Origin: a virus
Lineage: Duplodnaviria > Heunggongvirae > Uroviricota > Caudoviricetes
Strand: one strand, 5' to 3'
DNA length: 20,554 nucleotides
Virus record (IMG/VR): IMGVR_UViG_2541047172_000030
Shown here piece by piece: positions 8,213 to 15,955 of this stretch (the first letter of the stretch is position 1; every line of letters starts with the position of its first letter). Both the position numbers and the translations under genes were made by a program. The notes under the pieces were generated by a model, which was given only the letters and a program-made list of their open reading frames with translations, was not told the DNA's origin and ran no database searches.

Positions 8213-9548
8213 CGGTCGTGGTGCGTTCCGTGGTGTGCCGTTCCTCGTCTGGCGTGAGCAGCGCGAACGTGGCGGGCGAAACATTGTCCGTCGGGAATAT
8301 CCGTTACGGGAAACCGGTGGTGCAGACGATCTGGGACCTAAACTGGCTGAATTTACGTTCAGTGTACTTGTGATGGGGGATGATGTTCAGACACAGCGAA
8401 ATCGTCTGCGTGATGCCCTTCGTGCTCCCGGTGCCGGGGAGCTGCTTCACCCGGATTACGGCACGTTAAATGTGCTGATAAACAGCTTTGAAAGTCGTTA
8501 TAACGCTGCTGAACAGGGCGTGGTTGAGTTCACCATTAATGTCACGCCGGTAAGTGATGATACCGCACCTGCTGTCACACAGGACACGGCCGCCATTCTG
8601 GAGCAGAAGAGTACCACCGCGCTCGGGAAGGTTTTTGAAACCCTGGAAGCGGGCTGGACGGTGATTTCTGACGGAATGCACGATGTCCAGGCAATGACCG
8701 AAACCATCAGCGATAAGGTGTCCGCCCTGGAAAATGCCGTTTCCGGCATGGGGATTGTACAGGATATCAGTGCCTTTACTGCCACGTTCACGGCGCTGAA
8801 AGGGAATGCCACGGCATTACTGACAGCACCTTCCCGCATGGCCTCATCTTTTGCGGGGCTTTTCAGTGCCCTGATCACCCTGCCATCGCTGCCGTCACTG
8901 TCTTCAGGAGGCCTGAATACCCGGCCCGGTGGCAGTATCGGCCGGACGACATCCGCCTTCTCTCAGGGAATGCCGCAACTGTACAGGACATTATCTTCCC
9001 TGCGTTACGTGCTGGATGAGCAGGATAATCCGCAGACTCTCATCGGTCTGACACCGGCAGCACAAAAGAATATTCGTCTGATACGGGCGGTAATGCAGAG
9101 TGCTGCCGTGGTGGCCCAGGCACAGACCGTGGGAAAACTGCTGGATCAGGTTCTCAGTCAGGAAACCCTGCCGGACAGTGACGCAGCCCACCGTACCTGG
9201 CCTGTCTGGCTGGAAAGTTCAGTTGATCTTCAGCGCATTAACCGTGACTTAAGCGAAGCGCTCGAACGGCAGGTGATGACACTGTCCGGGCAGGGGTATA
9301 CCGCCACGGCGCTGACGCTTCGTGATGCCAGACTGGCACTGACAGAGGATCTGAATACACGGGGAGTTCAGCTACCCGGTGCAACAGTAGTGACTGTACG
9401 TACCACCGAGCCTGCACTGGTGACCCTGTACCGTGCCACCGGGAACAGTACCGGCTGGCAACGTTTTGTGCGCCGTAACGGTATTGTTGATCCGCTGTTC
9501 ATTCCCGGAGGCCATTCAGTGGAGGTGATTAGTGAGCAGCAGGGTTGA
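8199..9548 (+). CDS. N: Mu gpN-like DNA circularization / tail protein
   Basis: ORF track gives 8178-9548, but the ATG at 8199 has a strong GGAGGG site 5 nt upstream and is preferred. Overlaps the tape measure stop; size and position match Mu N. Confidence 0.7.
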   Translation: MASGDGRGAFRGVPFLVWREQRERGGRNIVRREYPLRETGGADDLGPKLAEFTFSVLVMGDDVQTQRNRLRDALRAPGAGELLHPDYGTLNVLINSFESRYNAAEQGVVEFTINVTPVSDDTAPAVTQDTAAILEQKSTTALGKVFETLEAGWTVISDGMHDVQAMTETISDKVSALENAVSGMGIVQDISAFTATFTALKGNATALLTAPSRMASSFAGLFSALITLPSLPSLSSGGLNTRPGGSIGRTTSAFSQGMPQLYRTLSSLRYVLDEQDNPQTLIGLTPAAQKNIRLIRAVMQSAAVVAQAQTVGKLLDQVLSQETLPDSDAAHRTWPVWLESSVDLQRINRDLSEALERQVMTLSGQGYTATALTLRDARLALTEDLNTRGVQLPGATVVTVRTTEPALVTLYRATGNSTGWQRFVRRNGIVDPLFIPGGHSVEVISEQQG

Positions 9549-10656
9549 ACTGTATCTGGGCGGTGAGATTTTTTCCGGCTGGCTGACGGTGAGTGTTCGT
9601 CGCTCTCTTGAACATCTGGCGGGCTCCTTTGAACTGGGGGTAATGATGCCCGGTGTACGCCTTCCGTCATCCGTCCGTGCCGGTCAGTCTCTGGAATTGC
9701 GCATTGACGGTCAGCCTGTGATCACTGGCTGGCTGGATCAGGTCCGGCAGCGCATCAGCGCCACGCGTTTTCAGATCACGCTCAGCGGACGGGATAAAAC
9801 CGGTGACCTGGTGGACTGTTCAGCCATTCATCCGGGCAGCCAGTGGAGGAACCGCACGCTGGAGCACATTGCTTCAGATTTGTGTGCTCCGTTCGGGGTC
9901 ACGGTGCGCTGGCAGGTAAATGATGCAACGGCAGCCCGGCCCTTTTCCACCTTCACACTGGAAAACTCAGAAACCGTGGCAGATGCGCTGACACGGGCCG
10001 CGAGACACAGAGGCGTCCTGGTAACCAGTAATGCCGCCGGTGAACTGGTTTTCACTCAGGCCGGCAGTCAGCGTGGCGACACGCTGACGCTGGGCGAAAA
10101 TCTGCTGGATTTGGATCACAACGTGGATCACCGTCTGCGCCACAGTGAATACCGTGTACGGGGGCACGGGCGTGGTGGTGGTCATGCCGGGGATGCACTG
10201 ACAGCCGGAACGCTGGCCGCACCCGTTGGTACGGTGACAGACAGTGCCATCCACCGTTACAGACCGAAAATTGTGCTGGCGGATCATGCTGTTGATGCAG
10301 ACGGTGCACGCCAGAGGGCTGTCCGGGAAATGCGCCGGGCGGTTGCCCGCTCTGTGCGCCTGACAGCCACCGTGCGGCACTGGTTTCGGGAGAACGGCCA
10401 GTTGTGGGATATCAACCTGCTGACGGCTGTCACGGCTCCCCGCACCGGAGTGGAAGAGCGTGATCTTCTTGTCTGTCAGGTGGAGTTTTCGCTGGATGCA
10501 AATCACGGCGAAACCACCCGTCTGATTCTGGCACCCCGTGACGGCTTTATTGTTCCGGCAGAGCCGGGAAACAGCGGAAGCGGAAATGCGGGTGACGTGG
10601 ACGCCTTCGTGCGGGCACAGATGAAAAAACAGGGGATTAAATTCAATGATGAATGA
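9532..10656 (+). CDS. P: Baseplate hub protein (Mu gpP / gp44-like)
   Basis: 374-aa ORF (Mu P is about 379 aa) with a GTG start preceded by GGAGGTGA; overlaps the N stop. Confidence 0.7.
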   Translation: MSSRVELYLGGEIFSGWLTVSVRRSLEHLAGSFELGVMMPGVRLPSSVRAGQSLELRIDGQPVITGWLDQVRQRISATRFQITLSGRDKTGDLVDCSAIHPGSQWRNRTLEHIASDLCAPFGVTVRWQVNDATAARPFSTFTLENSETVADALTRAARHRGVLVTSNAAGELVFTQAGSQRGDTLTLGENLLDLDHNVDHRLRHSEYRVRGHGRGGGHAGDALTAGTLAAPVGTVTDSAIHRYRPKIVLADHAVDADGARQRAVREMRRAVARSVRLTATVRHWFRENGQLWDINLLTAVTAPRTGVEERDLLVCQVEFSLDANHGETTRLILAPRDGFIVPAEPGNSGSGNAGDVDAFVRAQMKKQGIKFNDE

Positions 10657-11260
10657 CGAAGTCATCAGCCGCCTTCTGGCCCCCGTGATGCGGGGTGTTC
10701 GTCTGCTGTTCGGGCGTGGTGTACTGACCGGCACAACGGACACGCTGAAAATCCAGAATGTGCAAATCACCGGTATGGATGGTGAAACCTTTGATGACGT
10801 TGAACGCCCCCAGCAGTACGGGCAAATCAGCGTCCCCCTGCCTGGTGCGGAAGTTTTTCTGGCCTGTGCTGGCGGACAACGGGATCAGGCCGTGGTGCTT
10901 GTGGTGGAAGACCGCCGCAGTCGCCCGACCGGACTTACCGCCGGAGATACCGGCGTGTATCACCATGAGGGGCACCGTATACGTCTGACAAAGAACGGCC
11001 GGATCATTGTGACCTGTAAGACGCTGGAGATTTACGCCGATGAAGGTGTTCAGGTGGATACACCGGAGGCTCACTTTACCGGTAATGTCACAGTGGATAA
11101 GAACCTGCATGTCAAAGGCAATGTGTCCATTGACGGCACCGGAAGATCACAGGGGACGTTCACGATGTCCGAAGCGGTTATTGCCGGGATCACCTATTCA
11201 GGTCATGTGCATCACGATAACGGTGAAGGCAGCAAAACGGGAGGACCAGAGAATGGCTGA
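10646..11260 (+). CDS. Baseplate central spike protein (Mu gp45-like)
   Basis: 204-aa ORF at the Mu gp45 position. C-terminus carries a His cluster (SGHVHHDNGEG) consistent with the metal-binding apex of phage spike proteins. Confidence 0.65.
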   Translation: MMNDEVISRLLAPVMRGVRLLFGRGVLTGTTDTLKIQNVQITGMDGETFDDVERPQQYGQISVPLPGAEVFLACAGGQRDQAVVLVVEDRRSRPTGLTAGDTGVYHHEGHRIRLTKNGRIIVTCKTLEIYADEGVQVDTPEAHFTGNVTVDKNLHVKGNVSIDGTGRSQGTFTMSEAVIAGITYSGHVHHDNGEGSKTGGPENG

Positions 11261-11690
11261 TATTGCTGTCGTCTGGGATCAGGGTTGCGGTTCCCTGCAA
11301 CTGAACGGCGCAGATCTTCTGACGGATAACAGCCTGCTGACTGCGGTCATTATTTCACTGTTTACGGACAGGCGGGCGCTGGATTCCGATGAAATCCCTG
11401 ACGGCACCCGTGACCGTCGGGGATGGTGGGGAGACAGTTTCCGGGAGCGCCCCGTTGGCTCCCGTCTCTGGCTGTTAAGCCGTGAAAAGACGCTGTCCTC
11501 CGTGGTCAGCCGTGCACAGGCCTATGCTGATGAAGCGCTGGCGTGGCTGCATAAAAGCGGTGCTGCCACATCCGTGGTATGTCATGCCATGCGTGTGGGG
11601 CATGCTCGCCTTTCGCTTTCCGTGAAAATCACCCTGCCGGACGGAAGCAGACATCCGATGATTTTTTATGCTGATATGAAGGGGGAATGA
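11253..11690 (+). CDS. Baseplate protein (Mu gp46-like, gp25/GPW family)
   Basis: In-frame ATG at 11253 with GGGAGGA upstream, within ORF-track entry 11040-11690; gives 146 aa. Overlaps the spike gene stop and the next gene start (ATGA). Confidence 0.65.
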   Translation: MADIAVVWDQGCGSLQLNGADLLTDNSLLTAVIISLFTDRRALDSDEIPDGTRDRRGWWGDSFRERPVGSRLWLLSREKTLSSVVSRAQAYADEALAWLHKSGAATSVVCHAMRVGHARLSLSVKITLPDGSRHPMIFYADMKGE

Positions 11691-12772
11691 TGCCTTATCA
11701 GCCCTTACCACTGGCGCAACTGATCACACAGACACAACAGGATATCAGCCAGCGCCTGCCCGGTTCGCAGCCGGGCGTGAATGAAACCACCCTGAATGCC
11801 ATTGCGTATGCACTGGCGGGTCTGTCAGCACAGGAGCATGAACATCTGGCCTGGATCTCCCGGCAGATAATTCCGACAGAAGCTGATGAAGCCGAACTCC
11901 TGAAACACTGCGCATTCTGGGGTGTCATCCGTAAACCGGCTTCCCGCGCTGACGGACCGGTACAACTGATGCTGACCACGGATGCAGGGATCACGGAAGG
12001 CGTACTCCTTCAGCGAAGCGATGGGGTTGTGTACCGCATCACCGGCTCTGCGACCGGAAAAGCCGGAACACTGAATGTTAATGTGGAGGCGGAAAGTGCG
12101 GGGCGCGCTGGAAATACCCCGACCGGAACCCGCCTGTCCTTTATCACGCCACAGGCGGGCATCAACCAGACAGCCACGGTCACCGGCACGGGACTCACCG
12201 GTGGTGCGGATGTGGAAACGGTGCCGGAGTTGCTGTCCAGGCTGGTATTCCGGGTACAGAACCCGCCATCAGGGGGAACACAGTATGATTTTGAACGCTG
12301 GGCACGGGAAGTACCGGGCGTGACGCGGGCATGGTGTAAGCCTGAATGGCCTGAGGCGGGTAGTGTTGGTGTGACTTTTGTTCAGGATAATAACCCTGAC
12401 ATTTTCCCCGGAGAAGGTGATGTGAAGCGGGTGGCGGATTATATCCGCAGTCATGATGATCCGGCGACGGGCCAGCCCGTTGGTCAGCCACTTGGGCCGA
12501 CAATCAGCGTGTTTAAGCTGACCAATAAGCCGGTGGCGTTTGAGATCAGGATTGTACCCAAAACGCCGGAAAATCAGGCTGCCGTAAAACAGGCATTAAC
12601 AGACCTGCTTTATAACGAATCGCGGCCGGGTGGACTTGTATTGCCTTCATCATTCTGGCGGGCTGTTGCAGGGGTGAAAGGACTGGAGGATTTTGAAGTT
12701 CGCAGCCCGCTGAAGTCCGTGATGGCCGGAGATACAGAGTTGCTGACCGTGGGGGAAATCACATGGCTGTAA
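11687..12772 (+). CDS. Baseplate wedge protein (Mu gp47-like, baseplate J family)
   Basis: 361-aa ORF at the Mu gp47 position, translationally coupled to both neighbours. Confidence 0.7.
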   Translation: MMPYQPLPLAQLITQTQQDISQRLPGSQPGVNETTLNAIAYALAGLSAQEHEHLAWISRQIIPTEADEAELLKHCAFWGVIRKPASRADGPVQLMLTTDAGITEGVLLQRSDGVVYRITGSATGKAGTLNVNVEAESAGRAGNTPTGTRLSFITPQAGINQTATVTGTGLTGGADVETVPELLSRLVFRVQNPPSGGTQYDFERWAREVPGVTRAWCKPEWPEAGSVGVTFVQDNNPDIFPGEGDVKRVADYIRSHDDPATGQPVGQPLGPTISVFKLTNKPVAFEIRIVPKTPENQAAVKQALTDLLYNESRPGGLVLPSSFWRAVAGVKGLEDFEVRSPLKSVMAGDTELLTVGEITWL

Positions 12773-13323
12773 CCCTGACCCCGCATCAGCGCGCCCTGTT
12801 GCAGTTGCTGCCTGACGGGCTGGCATGGGATAAGCGGCCGTCATCCGTTCTTGCGGCTTTGTGCCTGGGCCTCAGTCATTCCACGGAGCGTGTTTCCTGG
12901 ACCGGTAACCAGATGCTGGCAGAACGTTTTCCTGATTCATCCCGTCTGCTGCTGGAAGACTGGGAGCGTTATCTGGGGTTACCGGAATGTGATATGACCG
13001 GCGCAACCATTCAGGAGCGTCAGCGTTATGCCGGGAATAAATACCGGATGAAACCCTCTCTTAACCGTGAATTTTATATCCGGTTTGCGGCAGAGTTTGG
13101 TTATGAAATAGATATTCAGCCATCACCGGATTCACAGTGGGTCAGTATTGTCACGATTAACAGTGAAACCGGCTACCGGAATATGAATGTGCTGGATGAT
13201 ATTCTCACGCCGCTGCGTATTTATGAAGGCGGTGCGCTGGAATGTATTCTGAACCGTTATAAGCCTGCATGGCAGACGTTTATTTACGTATATGCAAACA
13301 GTCACGAAGAGGAGAATATTTAA
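12763..13323 (+). CDS. Baseplate/tail protein (Mu gp48-like)
   Basis: 186-aa ORF between the wedge and tail-fibre genes; its stop overlaps the tail-fibre ATG (TAATG). Confidence 0.6.
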   Translation: MAVTLTPHQRALLQLLPDGLAWDKRPSSVLAALCLGLSHSTERVSWTGNQMLAERFPDSSRLLLEDWERYLGLPECDMTGATIQERQRYAGNKYRMKPSLNREFYIRFAAEFGYEIDIQPSPDSQWVSIVTINSETGYRNMNVLDDILTPLRIYEGGALECILNRYKPAWQTFIYVYANSHEEENI

Positions 13324-14234
13324 TGTTCCATGTTGATAATAATTCCGGCGTGGCGAATATGCCTGCGCTGGCACCGGCGCAGAGTAATACCACCACCTGG
13401 TTTACCGAAGGTGACGGACAAAAAGGTATCAGCTGGATTGGTCAGGACTGGCTGAATATTCTCCAGGCCGAACTGCTGAATATTCTGGCTGAAGCCAGTA
13501 TTCAGCCGGATAAGGCGCAGTTAAACCAGCTTACGCTGTCCATTAAAGCCATTATCGCTGCGAATGCCTTTTCCCGGAAAAACAACCTGAAAGAAATTGC
13601 TGATGCCGGTGCGGAAGCCCAGCGTCTTGCCCGTGGTTATCTTGGTCTTGGGGCGCTTGCCACAAAAAACAGTCTTGGTCCCGGTGACGTTAATGCTCTG
13701 GCGAAGGATCAGAACCTTGCCGACCTGGAGAATGCGGGAACCGCCCGTAATAATCTGGATGTTTACAGCAAAAGCGAAGGTGATAACCGTTACCTGCGCA
13801 GGGAGCAGAACGGCGCAGACATTCCGGATAAAGGCGCTTTTATCGATAACGTTGGTTTACGGGAAACGGTAAATAAGGCTGCTGATGCCCTGCCATCGGG
13901 TGGAACCGCCGTGGCAGCAAACAGACTCGCCACCCCAAGAAATATTAATGGTGTTCCTTTTGACGGAACGCTGGATATCAACATCACGTCAGGAATGACG
14001 CAGTCAACCGCAGATGGCCGGTATGTACAGAATGTTCAGCTTGGAGCACAGAGCTATCATTCACCCGGAGGCAATGAAATGTCATGGAATTACAGCGCAC
14101 CTTCCGGTTGTATGCTTTCCGGAATTAACGTGCAGGAAACCGGCTCCCGGTCTGCGGACAATATCGGTGGGGTCTATTATCGCCCGGTTCAGATTTATAT
14201 TAATAATGCCTGGAGAACGGTAAGTTCAGTGTAA
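13323..14234 (+). CDS. S: Tail fibre protein S: constant N-terminal part fused to the currently expressed variable C-terminal part
   Basis: In-frame ATG at 13323 with GAGGAG upstream, within ORF-track entry 13269-14234; 303 aa. A Gin-type crossover site lies inside the gene at 13840-13865. The C-terminal ~125 aa are paralogous to a promoterless minus-strand cassette at 14870-15228. Confidence 0.8.
   Translation: MFHVDNNSGVANMPALAPAQSNTTTWFTEGDGQKGISWIGQDWLNILQAELLNILAEASIQPDKAQLNQLTLSIKAIIAANAFSRKNNLKEIADAGAEAQRLARGYLGLGALATKNSLGPGDVNALAKDQNLADLENAGTARNNLDVYSKSEGDNRYLRREQNGADIPDKGAFIDNVGLRETVNKAADALPSGGTAVAANRLATPRNINGVPFDGTLDINITSGMTQSTADGRYVQNVQLGAQSYHSPGGNEMSWNYSAPSGCMLSGINVQETGSRSADNIGGVYYRPVQIYINNAWRTVSSV
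13840..13865. other. Left inversion crossover site (gix/hix-like 26-bp site) inside the tail fibre gene
   Basis: TTATCGATAACGTTGGTTTACGGGAA; its reverse complement TTCCCGTAAACC-AA-CGTTATCGATAA fits the remembered Hin/Gin/Cin/Pin consensus. Shares the core TCCCGTAAACC with the right site, in inverted orientation. Confidence 0.6.
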
Positions 14235-14244
14235 ACCACAGAAA

Positions 14245-14263
14245 AGGGTGCTGAATGCACCCT
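14245..14263. terminator. Stem-loop between convergent tail fibre and tfa genes (7-bp stem AGGGTGC/GCACCCT, 5-nt loop)
   Basis: Perfect inverted repeat in the 34-bp gap between the two convergent stop codons; flanking sequence is only weakly U/A-rich. Confidence 0.35.
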
Positions 14264-14268
14264 CTGAA

Positions 14269-14790
14269 TTATTCCGGTTTTTCCGGCCAGGGAATCGCCT
14301 GGTAATGCCCCTCACTGGCAATATCATTAAAGTGCATTTCTTTAAGCTGTCGGATATACGCCATCCAGCGCGTCAGCTGTAATTTATTTTCATCGCTAAT
14401 CATGTCCAGTTTTAATTCCGTTTTCCAGTCATCCACAGTTTCGTTGGCTTCCTGGAGCAGCGATGAGCGGCGCTTTTCAGCAACCGTCTTCCAGTTTACC
14501 GGCACCTTTGATATCAGGCCATCAGAAAACTGCCAGTTACCGTCAATATTCACACCTTCCGGCAGTTCGTCCACTTCAACAACAGTAAAACCTGCCGGAT
14601 ATAAAGCAGAGACATCTTCAGCAACAGAGCAGATAATACCCGTTACAGGCGAAATACAGAGTTTGTATTTCTTTGTGAAAAGCGGGATAGATTCATAAAA
14701 ATCCCTTCCGTCCTCACTCTGGAAATACTGAACATCCTCACCATAGGGTTTGTGTTCCGGGTAATATCGTTTTACGTTAATAAGCTCCAT
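14269..14790 (-). CDS. Tail fibre assembly protein (Tfa; Mu U / TfaE-like)
   Basis: ORF-track entry 14269-14901; start placed at the internal ATG (14790), which has an AAGGTGA site, giving 173 aa. C-terminal ISDENKLQLTRWMAY... resembles Tfa family proteins (recollection). Co-oriented with and downstream of the silent alternate cassette. Confidence 0.8.
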   Translation of the reverse strand: MELINVKRYYPEHKPYGEDVQYFQSEDGRDFYESIPLFTKKYKLCISPVTGIICSVAEDVSALYPAGFTVVEVDELPEGVNIDGNWQFSDGLISKVPVNWKTVAEKRRSSLLQEANETVDDWKTELKLDMISDENKLQLTRWMAYIRQLKEMHFNDIASEGHYQAIPWPEKPE

Positions 14791-14869
14791 TATTTCACCT
14801 TGTTTTTGTTGAAAAGACAAAATCATCATATATTTATTCAGATAATCTGTTTTTTGAACTACTGCACTT

Positions 14870-15228
14870 TTATGCGCTGGAAGCTGTTTTCCACGAACCA
14901 TCTATCAGAAACTGAACAGGTCGATAATATGCGGTTACCGTTGCATTACCATCACCAGCGACATCAAGCCCTGTAAGTACGCATCCGTCAGGAACCTCAA
15001 AAATATTATATTGCATTCCAATCGTTGACCTTGAACCTCTTCGAATGCTTTGAACATAACGTGAGTCAGCCACAGACTGCGTCATCCCCGATGTAATATT
15101 TATATCCTGCGTTCCGTCAAATGGGACACCATTAATATTTCTTGGAGTGGCGAGTTTATTCGCTGCAACAGCCGCTCCGTTCGATGGCAGGGCATTCGCG
15201 GCCCTGTTTACAGTATCCCGTAAACCGA
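14870..15228 (-). CDS. Promoterless alternate tail fibre C-terminal cassette (Sv-prime), expressed only after inversion
   Basis: Minus-strand frame open from the right crossover site to a stop at 14870-14872. The ORF track reports only the part from an internal Met (14870-15085). My translation (GLRDTVNRAANALPSNGAAVAANKLATPRNINGVPFDGTQDINITSGMTQSVADSRYVQ...) parallels the plus-strand tail fibre (GLRETVNKAADALPSGGTAVAANRLATPRNINGVPFDGTLDINITSGMTQSTADGRYVQ...) and diverges toward the C-terminus. Confidence 0.7.
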
Positions 15229-15241
15229 AGGTTTCAGGGAT
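15215..15241. other. Right inversion crossover site (gix-like), upstream of the invertase gene
   Basis: ATCCCGTAAACCGAAGGTTTCAGGGAT: imperfect palindrome with AAACC / GGTTT half-site cores, about 55 bp upstream of the invertase ATG. Confidence 0.6.
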
Positions 15242-15295
15242 GCCGTATATCTGCTTTAAAAGGCCTTTCCACCTCTTTTTAAGGAAGGTAAATAC

Positions 15296-15856
15296 ATGCT
15301 GATTGGCTATATACGCGTATCAACAAATGACCAGAACACAGGTTTACAAAGAAATGCGCTGGAATGTGCAGGATGTGAGCAGATTTTTGAAGATAAAATG
15401 AGTGGTAAAACGACACAGCGGCCGGGACTGAAGCGGGCACTGAAGAAACTAAAACCCGGTGACACACTGATGGTCTGGAAACTGGACAGGCTGGGGCGCA
15501 GTATGCGCCACCTTGTTGCGCTGACAGATGAATTACAGCAACAGGGGATAAATTTTCGTAGTCTTACTGACAACATTGATACGTCAACCCCCATGGGGCG
15601 CTTCTTTTTTCACATAATGGGTGCGCTGGCAGAAATGGAGCGTGAATTAATTGTCGAACGGACACGGGCTGGTCTTGCAGCTGCCCGTGAAAGGGGACGA
15701 ACCGGCGGCAGACCCCGTCGTCTCACGCAGGAACAATACGAGCAGGTCGGGCGTTTACTGGCCGGGGGTGTCAGTCGAAGACAGGTGGCACTTATTTTTG
15801 ATATCGGCCTTTCAACCCTTTATCGTTATTATCCTGCGAGCGTTTCGGAAAAATAA
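15296..15856 (+). CDS. gin: Serine recombinase DNA invertase (Gin/Pin/Cin/Hin family)
   Basis: 186-aa ORF starting MLIGYIRVSTNDQNTGLQRNALECAGCEQIFEDK..., with ...WKLDRLGRSM...GINFRSLTD...MGRFFFHIMGALAEMERELIVERT..., near-identical over long stretches to Gin/Pin as I recall them, including the catalytic Ser in RVSTNDQ. AAGGAAGG site 6 nt upstream. Confidence 0.95.
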   Translation: MLIGYIRVSTNDQNTGLQRNALECAGCEQIFEDKMSGKTTQRPGLKRALKKLKPGDTLMVWKLDRLGRSMRHLVALTDELQQQGINFRSLTDNIDTSTPMGRFFFHIMGALAEMERELIVERTRAGLAAARERGRTGGRPRRLTQEQYEQVGRLLAGGVSRRQVALIFDIGLSTLYRYYPASVSEK

Positions 15857-15955
15857 GACGCTCTCTTTGTTGGGCCTTTACTGAATTAACGCAAAATGGC
15901 GTTTATCGGTCTGTGGATATGATAATTCAGTTTATTCAGGAACAGGCTGATTATT

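Larger units (their letters stand above)
13853..15228. other. Invertible DNA segment (G-segment-like, about 1.4 kb) carrying variable tail fibre C-termini and the tail fibre assembly gene
   Basis: Bounded by inverted gix-like sites. Contains the expressed variable end (+), a tfa gene (-) and an alternate variable cassette (-). A Gin-family invertase gene lies immediately to the right. Confidence 0.65.

Noticed and set aside
9967-10770. 267-aa minus-strand ORF antisense to the baseplate hub gene
   Set aside because: Same reasoning: an open antisense frame within a GC-rich gene, with no independent support.
14402-14976. Plus-strand ORFs of 98 and 74 aa (14402-14698, 14752-14976) that might have been a second, plus-strand tfa
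   Set aside because: Their translations are Ser-rich, low-complexity and show no Tfa-like sequence; they are antisense to the real tfa gene and the alternate cassette.
15307-15594. 95-aa minus-strand ORF inside the invertase gene
   Set aside because: Fully nested antisense in the highly conserved invertase coding sequence.
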